Shown here piece after piece: positions 39,934 to 49,320 of a stretch of DNA of 64,000 bases. The stretch's first letter is position 1; each line of letters opens with the position of its first letter. The translations under genes were made by a program, and so were the position numbers. Source of the stretch: a virus; the IMG/VR virus record IMGVR_UViG_3300009702_000021, positions 1-64,000 of that record; one strand, written 5' to 3'. Below the pieces are notes generated by a model, which saw only the letters and a program-made list of their open reading frames with translations, did no database searches and had not been told where the DNA came from.

Positions 39934-40550
39934 CGTGCAGGCTCTGTGGTGGGTCACGGCACGTCTTCTCTGAGGAGCGCGGAGGCTACGTCGCCTGTGA
40001 GTGCCTCCAGCGGAAGCAGCGCACTGACTCATATCGGCGAGCCGGGGTCCCTGGGCGCTACGACAACGAGACGTGGAGGACCTTTGTCGAGGCATACACC
40101 GTAGAGCGTGTGCGGAGCCTCCTGGCGGTCGCAAAGTCGCTGAAGGCCGGAGACACCGACCCCCAGTGGATACTCGCACACGGGCGCCCTACGAGAGCCA
40201 GGATGCTCGTTGCGTCCCTGGTCCTGAGGTCCGCGTGTGACGGAGGCCTTGAGGGCCGGTTGCTAGACCTCCCGAAGCTGATCGACGCTGAGTTTCAGCC
40301 CGGCCGCGGTGAGGACCTCTACCGGATGCCAGTACTGGTCATAGAAGTGGGAAGCGAACCCGGCAACAAGTGGAACACGGTGGTGATGGAGAAGCTGGTG
40401 CATAAGCGGTGGGAGGCGAGTCTGTTCACCATGCTCGTCGTCGAGGGAGAGCCGACGCGGGTCCTGAACAGCTACAAGAGCAGCCGGGTTACCCTCGCTG
40501 CTTCCGAGAGGTTCCTACGGGTCCGGGTCGGGCCGAAGGAGGAGGATTGA
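39930..40550 (+). CDS. DnaC/IstB-like helicase loader with a degenerate Walker A
   Basis: CxxCxG...CxC...AG.P.RY N-terminus; VLVIEVG.E; lies upstream of dnaB. Confidence 0.65.
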   Translation: MTCRLCGGSRHVFSEERGGYVACECLQRKQRTDSYRRAGVPGRYDNETWRTFVEAYTVERVRSLLAVAKSLKAGDTDPQWILAHGRPTRARMLVASLVLRSACDGGLEGRLLDLPKLIDAEFQPGRGEDLYRMPVLVIEVGSEPGNKWNTVVMEKLVHKRWEASLFTMLVVEGEPTRVLNSYKSSRVTLAASERFLRVRVGPKEED

Positions 40551-40876
40551 GCAAGCCGATGTTTCAGAAAAGGGATCTCGACCTCATCCGAGCCGCGACC
40601 TGGGGCTGCTGGGACGCGGTGAAGACCAAAGACCACCTCGGGGACGCGGCTAGGAAGCGAGGTCTCGTAGCCAGGACCGCGACCGGTGATGCCCACGAGA
40701 CAGCCTTCAAGTGGGCCCGGCAGGAGCAGAGGGCCCACGATCTGCTTGCGGTACCGCAACCCATCAACGGGACCCTGCGGGATTACATCGCCTGCACCTG
40801 CTCCTACGACGAGAGTGAGGAGATGACGCGCCATGCTCCGCTATGCTCGATCACCAAGGCGGGGATCAACTGGTGA
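40547..40876 (+). CDS. hypothetical protein
   Basis: SD GGAGG, TTG start overlapping the upstream stop. Confidence 0.5.
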   Translation: MSKPMFQKRDLDLIRAATWGCWDAVKTKDHLGDAARKRGLVARTATGDAHETAFKWARQEQRAHDLLAVPQPINGTLRDYIACTCSYDESEEMTRHAPLCSITKAGINW

Positions 40877-43302
40877 GCGACTACGAACACATCATCACCG
40901 CCGGGATCCTCCAGCGCCCGTCCCGCATTTCAGACGTCTCGTCGATCAAGCACGAGTACTTCTCAGACAAGGAGGCCCGAGCCCTCTTTGCGATGGTCCA
41001 GACCTACCACGAGAAGTGCGGCCGGCGGAACGCGATGGACATCGCCCTCGCCCGGTCGCGTCTCGAGGACAGCAAGAGTAAGCTCGCGCCACACCTGCTC
41101 TACCTCGTCGACGAGTACACGGAGCTGGACCCGGTCACCGACTCCGAATTCAGGGACGCGATCGAGAAGCTGGTCACCTCGCGCCGGGAGGGGCTGCTGC
41201 GTGAGCATGGCGCCGCTGCCCTGGAAGCCATGGTCGAGGGAGAGTACTCCGAGGCGACCGCCCGGATGCGCGAGGCCCTTCTGGCGGCCGACGACACGGA
41301 CCTCGAGGACGACCGACCCGTCGACATCCGCAGCTCCGTCGAGATCGACCGGGAGCGCCGGAGGACCGAGCGGCCACCCGAGGACGGGACGCTGGGGTTC
41401 GACATCGGGTTCCCTCGGCTGATGCGCGCCACCCGGTTCCGCCGCAAGGAGCTGACGATCCTGGGAGGCTACGCCTCAGATGGCAAAGCACTGAGCCATG
41501 GGACCCCGGTCTTGACCCCGAGCGGTTGGAGGGATGTCGAGGACGTCCGGGTCGGGGAGCTGGTAACCGGCCGGGACGGGAGTCCCACCCGGGTCGTCGG
41601 CGTGTTCCCCCAAGGACGACGAGACCTGCTCAGGGTCACCTTTGCTGACGGGTGCTGGGTGGACGTGGACCAGGACCACCTCTGGGCGGTCCAGGATGTC
41701 AATGACGCCAGGAGACCTGGGTTGGTGACGAGGACCAAGACGACAAGAGAGTTGGTCCCGGACCTGCGCCTCAAGAATGGCTCCGCCAAGTGGCGGGTTC
41801 CGCTCTGCGGCTCGGTGGAATTCGAGCCCGGTCCGCCGCTCCTGATCGACCCCTACCTGCTCGGGGTCCTCTTGGGTGACGGGTGCCTGAGTCAGACTTC
41901 CGTCACCTTCTGCACCGGTGACGAGGACGTCCCGTGCGAGGTAGAGAAGGTGCTGCCTCGGGGCGTGGTCATGCGCAAAAACGGGACCGACGAAGCCTCA
42001 GGCAGGGCCGTGCGCTACAGCCTCGTGACAGAGGGGAGGAGACAGAACCCCGCCAGAGATGCCCTCGAGGCCCTCGAGGTGATGGGCAAGAGGGCCTGGG
42101 AGAAGACGGTTCCCGAGGTCTATCTCTTCGCCAGCCCCGAGGATCGACTCTCTCTCCTGCAGGGGCTCGTCGATACCGACTCAGACGTGGCCTCGAGAGG
42201 GAAGCCCAGTTTCGTGTTCACCTCTTCGTCCGAGAACCTGACCCGCTCAGTGGCCTTCCTGGTGCGCTCACTTGGTGGTGTCGCCCGGGAGCGAAGCCGA
42301 ATTCCCACCTACTGCCACCTCGGCGAGAAGAAGCAAGGTAGGAGGTCCTACGAAGTGTGCGCGAACCTCCCGGTTCACCTGATCCCGACTAGGGCCCACC
42401 GCACCAAGTGGCCGACGAGGCTGAGCAGGAACCTCGTCAGGAAGATCACGGCCATTGAGCCCGTCGGGGAGGCGGAGGCGACCTGTCTAGCGGTTGAGGC
42501 CGAGGACCACCTATTCATCGTCAAGGACTTCGTAGTCACACACAACACTCAGTTCAGCAAGTCACTGGCCTACAACGTCAACCGAGCGGGTGCGACCGTG
42601 ATCTTCGTTGCGCTTGAGATGACCCGTGAAGAGATACGCACGATGTTCGTAGCCCAACATGCGGCATCCCTAGATCCCCGCGGGGTGCCGTGGGTCGACG
42701 CCCTGGACGGGATCCTGAACGCCGGCCAACGGAAGCTGTGGCACCGGGCCCTCGACGACTGGCAGATCGACTCGCACGAGGACACGGACGAGATGACCAG
42801 CGAGTCCGGCTCTCTGATCATCTGGGCGCCGACCCGGCGGATCACACAGGCAGACTGGAAGGCCAGGTTGCGGGCGTCGAAGCAGGAACACGGGATCGAC
42901 GTCGCCTTCAAGGACTACACCGAGCTGGTCAAGCCCTAGGAGATCAAGCGATTCAAAAACTACCGGCTCGACCTCAAGGAGATGATCGAGGAAGACAAGG
43001 CACTCGCGCGGGAGCTAGACATCTGGCTCGTTGACAATCACCAGATCAGCCGGAAGGGACGCGACGAGGCTGAGAAGAGGAACCCACCGCACTACCTGAT
43101 GCGCGACCTCGGTGAGTCCTCCGGCCTCGAGCGCGCGGCTGACTCTGTGCTCTGGATCTACAGCGACATGGACCTCCGGGATGACCGCGGGGCCATTGCC
43201 GGGGTAGCCAAGGCCCGGAAGGGCAAGCCGATCATCCACGGCGTCCGGCTCTACGCCGACTTCGAGAAGGCCGTGGTCGCGCCGCGGGCCGACTACGACT
43301 AG
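40873..43302 (+). CDS. dnaB: DnaB-like replicative helicase with an intein and an in-frame TAG at 42937-42939
   Basis: ELTILGGYASDGK|T, FVALEM and KDY, then the same frame continues KALAREL...HQISR...DLGESSGLERAAD...KAR.G. Confidence 0.85.
41488..42546 (+). mobile_element. class 3 intein (353 aa) with a LAGLIDADG endonuclease, in the DnaB P-loop
   Basis: Starts ALSHGTPVLTP.GW; DHLW; LGVLLGDG; LQGLVDTD; TCLAV; ends VVTHN|T. Confidence 0.92.
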
Positions 43303-43955
43303 TGGGCGAGCTGGGACGGAGGATCGCGCGGATCAAGCTGGATCCATACCTCGACACGATCATCCGTGTCTTCCCGGAGATCGAGCACCCGGACCGGCTA
43401 CCCGCCAAGCTGCGCTGCCTGTTGCCGGACCACGATGACAGCACTCCCTCGTTCTGGCTCTATGAGGATCACTGGCACTGCTACGGCTGCTCACGAGGTG
43501 GAGACGCAATCGACTTCGTCCAGTCCTACCACGACCTCGGAGTCCGTAAGGCGGTGGAGCTGGTCGAAACCGCGCTCGGGATCGGACTCGGTCAGTGCCA
43601 GGACCTCCAGGCCCTTGTCCTGCTCGCCCGCCGCAAGAAGGACGAGAAGGGGCGCCGGGAGTGGGAAGCGACCGTGAGGGAGATCGAGGACGCCTACACG
43701 GAGGTCATCCGTCCCTACCTGCTCTGTCGGGATACCCTGATCCAGGACCTCGCTTTCCATGACTCCGACTACGTGTTCGATGAGCTGAGATTGGCCTCCT
43801 GGGAGCCCCCTGCGAGGACAAAACGACGAGCACGGGAGAAGGCACGGCGTCTCATGGCATGGGCGCTCGAGTGGGCACAGGGGACGGTCAGGTTAGTAGA
43901 GAGCGCGACCGGCAAGGACCGCGTGACCGTCCTCCGGCAGCACCGTAGGTCGTAG
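43302..43955 (+). CDS. primase-type CHC2 zinc-finger protein (no TOPRIM domain)
   Basis: CLLPDHDDSTPSF...WHCYGC..GGDAIDF motif. Confidence 0.8.
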   Translation: MGELGRRIARIKLDPYLDTIIRVFPEIEHPDRLPAKLRCLLPDHDDSTPSFWLYEDHWHCYGCSRGGDAIDFVQSYHDLGVRKAVELVETALGIGLGQCQDLQALVLLARRKKDEKGRREWEATVREIEDAYTEVIRPYLLCRDTLIQDLAFHDSDYVFDELRLASWEPPARTKRRAREKARRLMAWALEWAQGTVRLVESATGKDRVTVLRQHRRS

Positions 43956-44040
43956 CCGACTAGCGGTACCGCAAAAAGTTTTGCGACGGAACGACGGACT
44001 ACCACGTTCGTTAGGTCGGGCTCGAGCTAGCGACATCGAA

Positions 44041-44086
44041 TAAAACTAGAATTCGACTAGACAGCGGCTAGGTGACAGGATAGTCT
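44041..44086 (+). promoter_or_regulatory. sigma70-type early promoter (copy 1)
   Basis: TAGACA-17bp-TAGTCT with an AT-rich UP-like element; near-identical to 47169-47214. Confidence 0.75.
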
Positions 44087-44140
44087 TGTGGGTGTAGAGG
44101 CAAGGACGCCACTACCCAGAACAAACACGAGGCAGGAAAC

Positions 44141-45457
44141 ATGACCAAGTCGACTAAGAACAAGCCAACTGAGACCTCACGCGCTTGGATGCACCGCGCG
44201 CACCAGTCCGGCCAGTTCAACCTCAACTCGTTGATCGAGTTCACCTCCAGTGTCGTGGCCTACTGGGAGGCCACCAACCGCTCGGGCAAGACGATGCCGC
44301 TCCTCCAGCGCCTCCGCGGCTATGAGACCCCCAAGGGCGGCCTTCTCCCGCGGACCATGAAGCACCCGGTCACCAAATCCAAGTTCATCTTCCCCCTGTT
44401 CAGCTTCGAGGTTGGCGACGACGGCCTCTACCAGGCGACTCCCCTCCTCCCCAAGTGCCCGGAGTGCGCCGGAGAGATGAAGCGGGTGGCCGCGACCGAG
44501 AAGCGCCCCGAGGCCTTCGCCTGTTACGCCTGCAAGAACATCACGGAGGCGTTCGCGGACGTGACCGGTGACGGCACGCAGAAGAACGAGGCCCCAAAGG
44601 CCAAGGTCGAGGATGAGAAGCCCCGCAAGCTCCGAGACTACCAGCAGCTGATCACACGCGTGATCGCCATCGTTACCCTGGCCCGAAAGGTCGTTGAGCA
44701 GGCCAACATGACGCTGCCCATCGGCGTCCGCACTAGTGAGCACCTGGCGAAGCTCGCCGTTGTCCTCGGTGATGCCGACGAGGCATGGCGCCTGTGGGTT
44801 GACGGCAGGATCCCCTCGCAGTGGCGCGAGAAGTTCGACGCTGCTGGCCTGCCCCGCGGCAAGTTCCGCCCCCTGCCGACCAAGGACGAGAACGACCCCA
44901 GTTGGTACGGCACGGTCGCGGCCGTCCTCGACGCCGGCCTCCCGGTGATGATCGTCGGCCCCGCCGGCTCGGGTAAGACCTACTTCGCCAAGCACTACGC
45001 GAAGCGCGTCCAGAAGGACATCGAGATCGTCGTCGGATCCGGCGACCTGGCCGGTAGCCAGCTCTGGGTCGACCAGATCAGCGCCGATAACGGCTCGACC
45101 ACGGTCCACCGCGGTCCGGCCAGCCGCGCCTGCACGGACGGCTCGGTCCTCCTCCTTGACGAGGTCGACGGGTTCGACCCCAACAGCCTCCTCCCGATGA
45201 ACGCCGTCCTGAATGGCGACCGCCAGCTGAGCGTGCCGGTCCTCGGCGCCCTCGACATCAACCCTGAGGTGCGGATCATCGCCTGCGCCAACACCACGGG
45301 GTTGACCCGGGACCGGACCTACACCGCCCGCAACAAGCTGGACGGCGCGTTCCTGAACCGCTTCGCCGTGGTGGTCGAGGCTACCTACGAGGAGAAGGTC
45401 GACCGGAAGGTGGCCGAGAATGCAGTCCTGGCCGCCCTCGAGGCCCTTGAGGACTAG
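44141..45457 (+). CDS. MoxR/CbbQ/CobS-like AAA+ ATPase with an N-terminal Zn ribbon
   Basis: GPAGSGKT, LLLDEVD, IIACANT and LD.AF.NRF motifs. Confidence 0.88.
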   Translation: MTKSTKNKPTETSRAWMHRAHQSGQFNLNSLIEFTSSVVAYWEATNRSGKTMPLLQRLRGYETPKGGLLPRTMKHPVTKSKFIFPLFSFEVGDDGLYQATPLLPKCPECAGEMKRVAATEKRPEAFACYACKNITEAFADVTGDGTQKNEAPKAKVEDEKPRKLRDYQQLITRVIAIVTLARKVVEQANMTLPIGVRTSEHLAKLAVVLGDADEAWRLWVDGRIPSQWREKFDAAGLPRGKFRPLPTKDENDPSWYGTVAAVLDAGLPVMIVGPAGSGKTYFAKHYAKRVQKDIEIVVGSGDLAGSQLWVDQISADNGSTTVHRGPASRACTDGSVLLLDEVDGFDPNSLLPMNAVLNGDRQLSVPVLGALDINPEVRIIACANTTGLTRDRTYTARNKLDGAFLNRFAVVVEATYEEKVDRKVAENAVLAALEALED

Positions 45458-45517
45458 GGGCGCATGGTCCCGGGTGGGGAGGCAGAGAACCTCACCCGGG
45501 GCTGACCCGACTACCTA

Positions 45518-45580
45518 GCCCGCACGGGGACACGCTACCTGCCTCAGCGTGACCTGGGTTCGACTCCCGGGGCGGGCGTC
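45518..45580 (+). ncRNA. D-armless tRNA-like structure
   Basis: GCCCGC/GCGGGC acceptor-like stem, CACGCT/AGCGTG hairpin and a CCTGGG-TTCGACT-CCCGGG T arm. Confidence 0.45.
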
Positions 45581-45613
45581 CCGAGCAGATGCGAACAAAG
45601 GAACACGGAGCAC

Positions 45614-46126
45614 GTGATGAGCAAGCAGAAGACCCGCTACAAGATCCTGACCACCATCCACAAGGCAGGGACGATCGGTGGCATGACCGCAGCGCGGATC
45701 GCCCACCTCGCCAAGGTCCACCCGGCTACGGCCCGACGGCACCTCGCGGAGATGCGCCGGGACCCGACGTCGCTCTACGCCGAGTACCTCATCTCGGCCG
45801 GGAGCGAGCGCGGCTACCGTTACCTGGTCGACGGCTGGCCGCCCAAGCCGGCCCGCAAGCAGAAGGCCCCGCGTCGCCGTCGTAGCTCGCCCGTGCGGGT
45901 CGCCAAGCCCATCGATGTCCTCCAGGTCCAGGTGACCGCTCCCGAGCCCGTGACGGTCCGCGTACGTGTCCTGACGGCCCTCCGGGGTAGGGACCTGGGC
46001 CTCCACGAGCTGGGCCAGGCCCTCCGGGTCAAGCGCAACGTCCTCCAGCGCGAGCTGGACGCCCTGGCGGGCCAGGTGACCCGGACGCGTGAGAACAACC
46101 GCTGGATCTACACCCGGGCTAGCTAG
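45614..46126 (+). CDS. basic DNA-binding protein with tandem winged-HTH-like segments
   Basis: MTAARIAHLAKVHPATARRHL and LHELGQALRV...LQRELD HTH-like segments. Confidence 0.6.
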   Translation: MMSKQKTRYKILTTIHKAGTIGGMTAARIAHLAKVHPATARRHLAEMRRDPTSLYAEYLISAGSERGYRYLVDGWPPKPARKQKAPRRRRSSPVRVAKPIDVLQVQVTAPEPVTVRVRVLTALRGRDLGLHELGQALRVKRNVLQRELDALAGQVTRTRENNRWIYTRAS

Positions 46127-46166
46127 GCCTTGCGGTACCGCAAACCCCCCAACCCCTGAGGAGACG

Positions 46167-46745
46167 ATGATGAGCATGACCGTGAAACAGATCAATGCAC
46201 GAGTGGACCAGTTCTGCGACAGCATCGAGACCCGGCTCCGAGAGCTTCGCCGGGACCACCCGCGGGCGCAGTTCCGCTATCGGATCAGTCCCCGTTGGGG
46301 ATGCGGGTCTCCGGCCGAGTTTGGTTCGCTCCTCCTGAGCGCGGTCCTCGACGAGGTCCGCAACTACTGCTACGCCCTCGAGGGAGCCTACGGCCCGGAG
46401 CAGCAGCGGGAGGCGGAGTCCGACCGGGCTCGATCCGGGATCGCCGTGGTGTTCTGGGATGCCCGCTGCCACTGGGAGTGCCACGACCTCCTGACCGGGG
46501 AGTCGTTCCGCCAGCCCTACTCGGGCAGGAAGCGGTGCAAGCACACGCGCCACCCAGATGGCTGGATCAACAAGGCTGTCCACGACATCGGGAGCAGCTA
46601 CGACCTCGAGCTGCCGCGCGAGGAGCGGGCCAAGCTGATGCAGGTCCTCGAGCGGCTCCGGGACGAGCTGACCGGCAAGGGGCCGGTCGAGCTGACTCGG
46701 ATCGGCCAGCCGGCCTTCACCTACGATGACCAGGTTATCTGGTAA
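46167..46745 (+). CDS. hypothetical protein
   Basis: SD GAGGAG. Confidence 0.6.
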   Translation: MMSMTVKQINARVDQFCDSIETRLRELRRDHPRAQFRYRISPRWGCGSPAEFGSLLLSAVLDEVRNYCYALEGAYGPEQQREAESDRARSGIAVVFWDARCHWECHDLLTGESFRQPYSGRKRCKHTRHPDGWINKAVHDIGSSYDLELPREERAKLMQVLERLRDELTGKGPVELTRIGQPAFTYDDQVIW

Positions 46746-46755
46746 GGAGCGAGCG

Positions 46756-47142
46756 ATGACACAGACCATGACTCTCGTGATGGACACGCAGAACGTCGAG
46801 GTCGTCGGCGTGTTCCAGACGCCCCTGGCGGCCCTGTCTTACCTGCGCCGCCGAGACCAGGTCGACTACGAGGTCGTCGCGCGTGAGGATGGAGCCCCGC
46901 ACGCGATCCGCGGCAAGGGGGTCTTCTACGACCTCATTGCGGTGGAGGTCCACCCGGAGACCGACGAGACCCTCCGGTTGTACGCCATCCACCTCCTGAA
47001 GCAGTTGCACAACATCAGGGCGATGAACGCCGTGAACCTCAGGGGCCTCCCGCGGGACGAGCTGCGCTCCCTGACATTCGTCCTACAGGGGATCGTCTCC
47101 AACTTCGCGGACGCCCAGCGACGGGCCAACCGCCCCTGGTAG
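46756..47142 (+). CDS. hypothetical protein
   Basis: SD AAGGAG. Confidence 0.6.
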   Translation: MTQTMTLVMDTQNVEVVGVFQTPLAALSYLRRRDQVDYEVVAREDGAPHAIRGKGVFYDLIAVEVHPETDETLRLYAIHLLKQLHNIRAMNAVNLRGLPRDELRSLTFVLQGIVSNFADAQRRANRPW

Positions 47143-47168
47143 GGCCCGGCCACACCTCGGATTAAGGA

Positions 47169-47214
47169 TAAAACTAGAATGGGACTAGACAGCGGCTAGG
47201 GGTGCCGGTAGTTT
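47169..47214 (+). promoter_or_regulatory. sigma70-type early promoter (copy 2)
   Basis: TAAAACTAGAATnnGACTAGACAGCGGCTAGG shared with copy 1; TAGACA-17bp-TAGTTT. Confidence 0.75.
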
Positions 47215-47235
47215 GTAGGAAGAACGGAGACGCAG

Positions 47236-48186
47236 ATGAGCACGACACTCCCCAATACCGTCCGCATCCAGTCGACCAAGGGCGACGTCGATGCTCCGGT
47301 GACATCGCTCGGTAGCACGGACGTCCACCAGCACAAGGGCGGCAACTACGCCCATGACATCAGCGAGGCCAACAAGGACTGCTGGCATGGCTGGTATCGC
47401 GAGGCTGTCAAGCCTCACCTCCTGAGCTGGTCGTTCCCCCGGGAGGTCCAGGCCATCAAGGATCGGGCTGAGCAGGTCCTCGAGGAGGGGATCCCGAGTC
47501 AGAAGCGGACGATGCTCCGCAACCAGGTCTATGGACAGCTCGACCAGCGGTGGATCAGCCAGATCGCCATCGGCCAGGACATCGAGCGTCCCTTCCAGCG
47601 CTGGTCGAAGGCCAAGCGCGACACGATCAGCGTCGCCATCTGCCTCGACACCACGGTCGCCTCTGGGCTCAGTAACGAGATGCTCAAGGCCAGGATGTGC
47701 CTCGCGGCCGGCCTCGGCGGCGCGCTCGAATTCCTGGACTATGACGTGGCGATCATCGGCGCCCACCTTCAGGTCAGCATGGAGCGCGCTGGATTCATGA
47801 CCCGACCGCGTCAGGCCCCGGATAAGGCGGAGGTCCAGGCGATCACCTGTAAGGACTGGAACGAGCCGTTCACTGACTCCGGCCTGGCCCACATGGCCGA
47901 TACTGGCCTCCACCGCCTGTCCTGCGCATGGGGGCTCAAGTCGGACGGCTATACCACGCAGCTGACCGACCGTGAGTGGCGGGAGTTGACTGACGCAGAC
48001 CTCCTGGTGGTCGTCGGTCCACACAAGGGTAGCCGGAACGTCCTCAACTATGAGGGGTTGCCTAAGGGCGCGACCCTGCTCCCGACCGGTGACGACACCA
48101 TTTACCTGCCCTGCGACAAGATCACAGACCTCGACCCGGCGGTCGACGTCCTCGAGCAGTTCTTCAACGCCCATTTCGGGAAGTAG
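47236..48186 (+). CDS. VWA-like (CobT-like) partner of the AAA+ ATPase
   Basis: ISVAICLD-TT-S strand followed by a helix and LE..DY.V.I pattern; same promoter as the AAA+ gene. Confidence 0.55.
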   Translation: MSTTLPNTVRIQSTKGDVDAPVTSLGSTDVHQHKGGNYAHDISEANKDCWHGWYREAVKPHLLSWSFPREVQAIKDRAEQVLEEGIPSQKRTMLRNQVYGQLDQRWISQIAIGQDIERPFQRWSKAKRDTISVAICLDTTVASGLSNEMLKARMCLAAGLGGALEFLDYDVAIIGAHLQVSMERAGFMTRPRQAPDKAEVQAITCKDWNEPFTDSGLAHMADTGLHRLSCAWGLKSDGYTTQLTDREWRELTDADLLVVVGPHKGSRNVLNYEGLPKGATLLPTGDDTIYLPCDKITDLDPAVDVLEQFFNAHFGK

Positions 48187-48190
48187 GACG

Positions 48191-48385
48191 ATGGCAAATA
48201 CGAACAGTAAGAACGATGAGCTGAACGATGAGCTGACCCGGGGACGCCCACAGCAGATCGGCTTCCAGACCGCTGGCAAGATCGAGCAGCGGCTCATGGT
48301 CCCCATGATAGACGAGATGGGGTCGTGGGTCTCGTGGGCCCTCCCGACTGAGCGCGAGCGCGCTGCGCATGAGGGCCGGCGATGA
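48191..48385 (+). CDS. small hypothetical protein
   Basis: SD AGGA, ATG. Confidence 0.45.
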   Translation: MANTNSKNDELNDELTRGRPQQIGFQTAGKIEQRLMVPMIDEMGSWVSWALPTERERAAHEGRR

Positions 48386-48517
48386 TCGTCCTCGCCTGCG
48401 GCGACGGAGGCCTGTTCTGTGGGCCTCTCCTGATCCTCGGGGGCGGAGCCCTCGCGGTCTGGTGCGCGACCAGCCATGAGCCCAGGACGAAGCCTGAGGG
48501 CGATCCCCGGGAGGAGC

Positions 48518-49159
48518 ATGGTGAAGCCCACTGAGCCCCGCCTGACCCTCGACGTCGTCCCGGCCACCTGCCACTACAGCAACCTCCGCACGGAGCTGCC
48601 CCGGCAGTCCTGGAACCGGCTCAGGGCGAAGGCTTACTTCCGTGCCCGTTACCGCTGCGAGGTCTGTGGAGGCCGTGGTCCGGAACACCCCGTTGAGGCC
48701 CACGAACAGTGGGCCTACGAGATACCGGACGACCACAGCCAGATGCCTACACAGCGGCTCACTGGCATCATCGCGCTCTGCCCGGACTGCCACGAGGTCA
48801 AGCACTACGGGCTCGCCCAGGTCCGCGGCCGGGAGGCCGAGGCCCTCGCTTACCTCTGCCGGGTCAACGGCTACACGGACATCCAGGCCGAGGAGGCGAT
48901 CTATCTCGAGGCGATGGTCTACCGCGCCAGGTCGACCCTGCTCTGGCGGTTGGACGTCTCACTGATCCTTGAGATGGGGGAGAGCGAGCTGTATGTCCAG
49001 GAGGTCATGGACCGGCGGGACGCCAAGAACGCAGTCGTCGCCGCTGAGCATGTCCAGGACCTCGACGCGTTCATCCAGATCGCCCGTGAGATCCTTGCGG
49101 TACCGCCAACCCCGGAACCTGAACCTGAGGATTCGACGGACGGATTTAAGTGGGTCTGA
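48518..49159 (+). CDS. HNH-type endonuclease
   Basis: CEVCG...EAHE.W...LCPDCH.VKH motif. Confidence 0.75.
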   Translation: MVKPTEPRLTLDVVPATCHYSNLRTELPRQSWNRLRAKAYFRARYRCEVCGGRGPEHPVEAHEQWAYEIPDDHSQMPTQRLTGIIALCPDCHEVKHYGLAQVRGREAEALAYLCRVNGYTDIQAEEAIYLEAMVYRARSTLLWRLDVSLILEMGESELYVQEVMDRRDAKNAVVAAEHVQDLDAFIQIAREILAVPPTPEPEPEDSTDGFKWV

Positions 49160-49320
49160 CGCTCCCGACTCGTGCGTATCTAGAGGCGGCAGGGGAGCCC
49201 CAGCACGAGGCCGGAACCCAAGCTTGGAGACCAAGACCTAGGAGACAGATTCAGGTCCGTGGTGGGCCGGAGAATGAATGACAGAGGGATGTGCTGGCCG
49301 ACCCCAGCGTGGAGACACCC

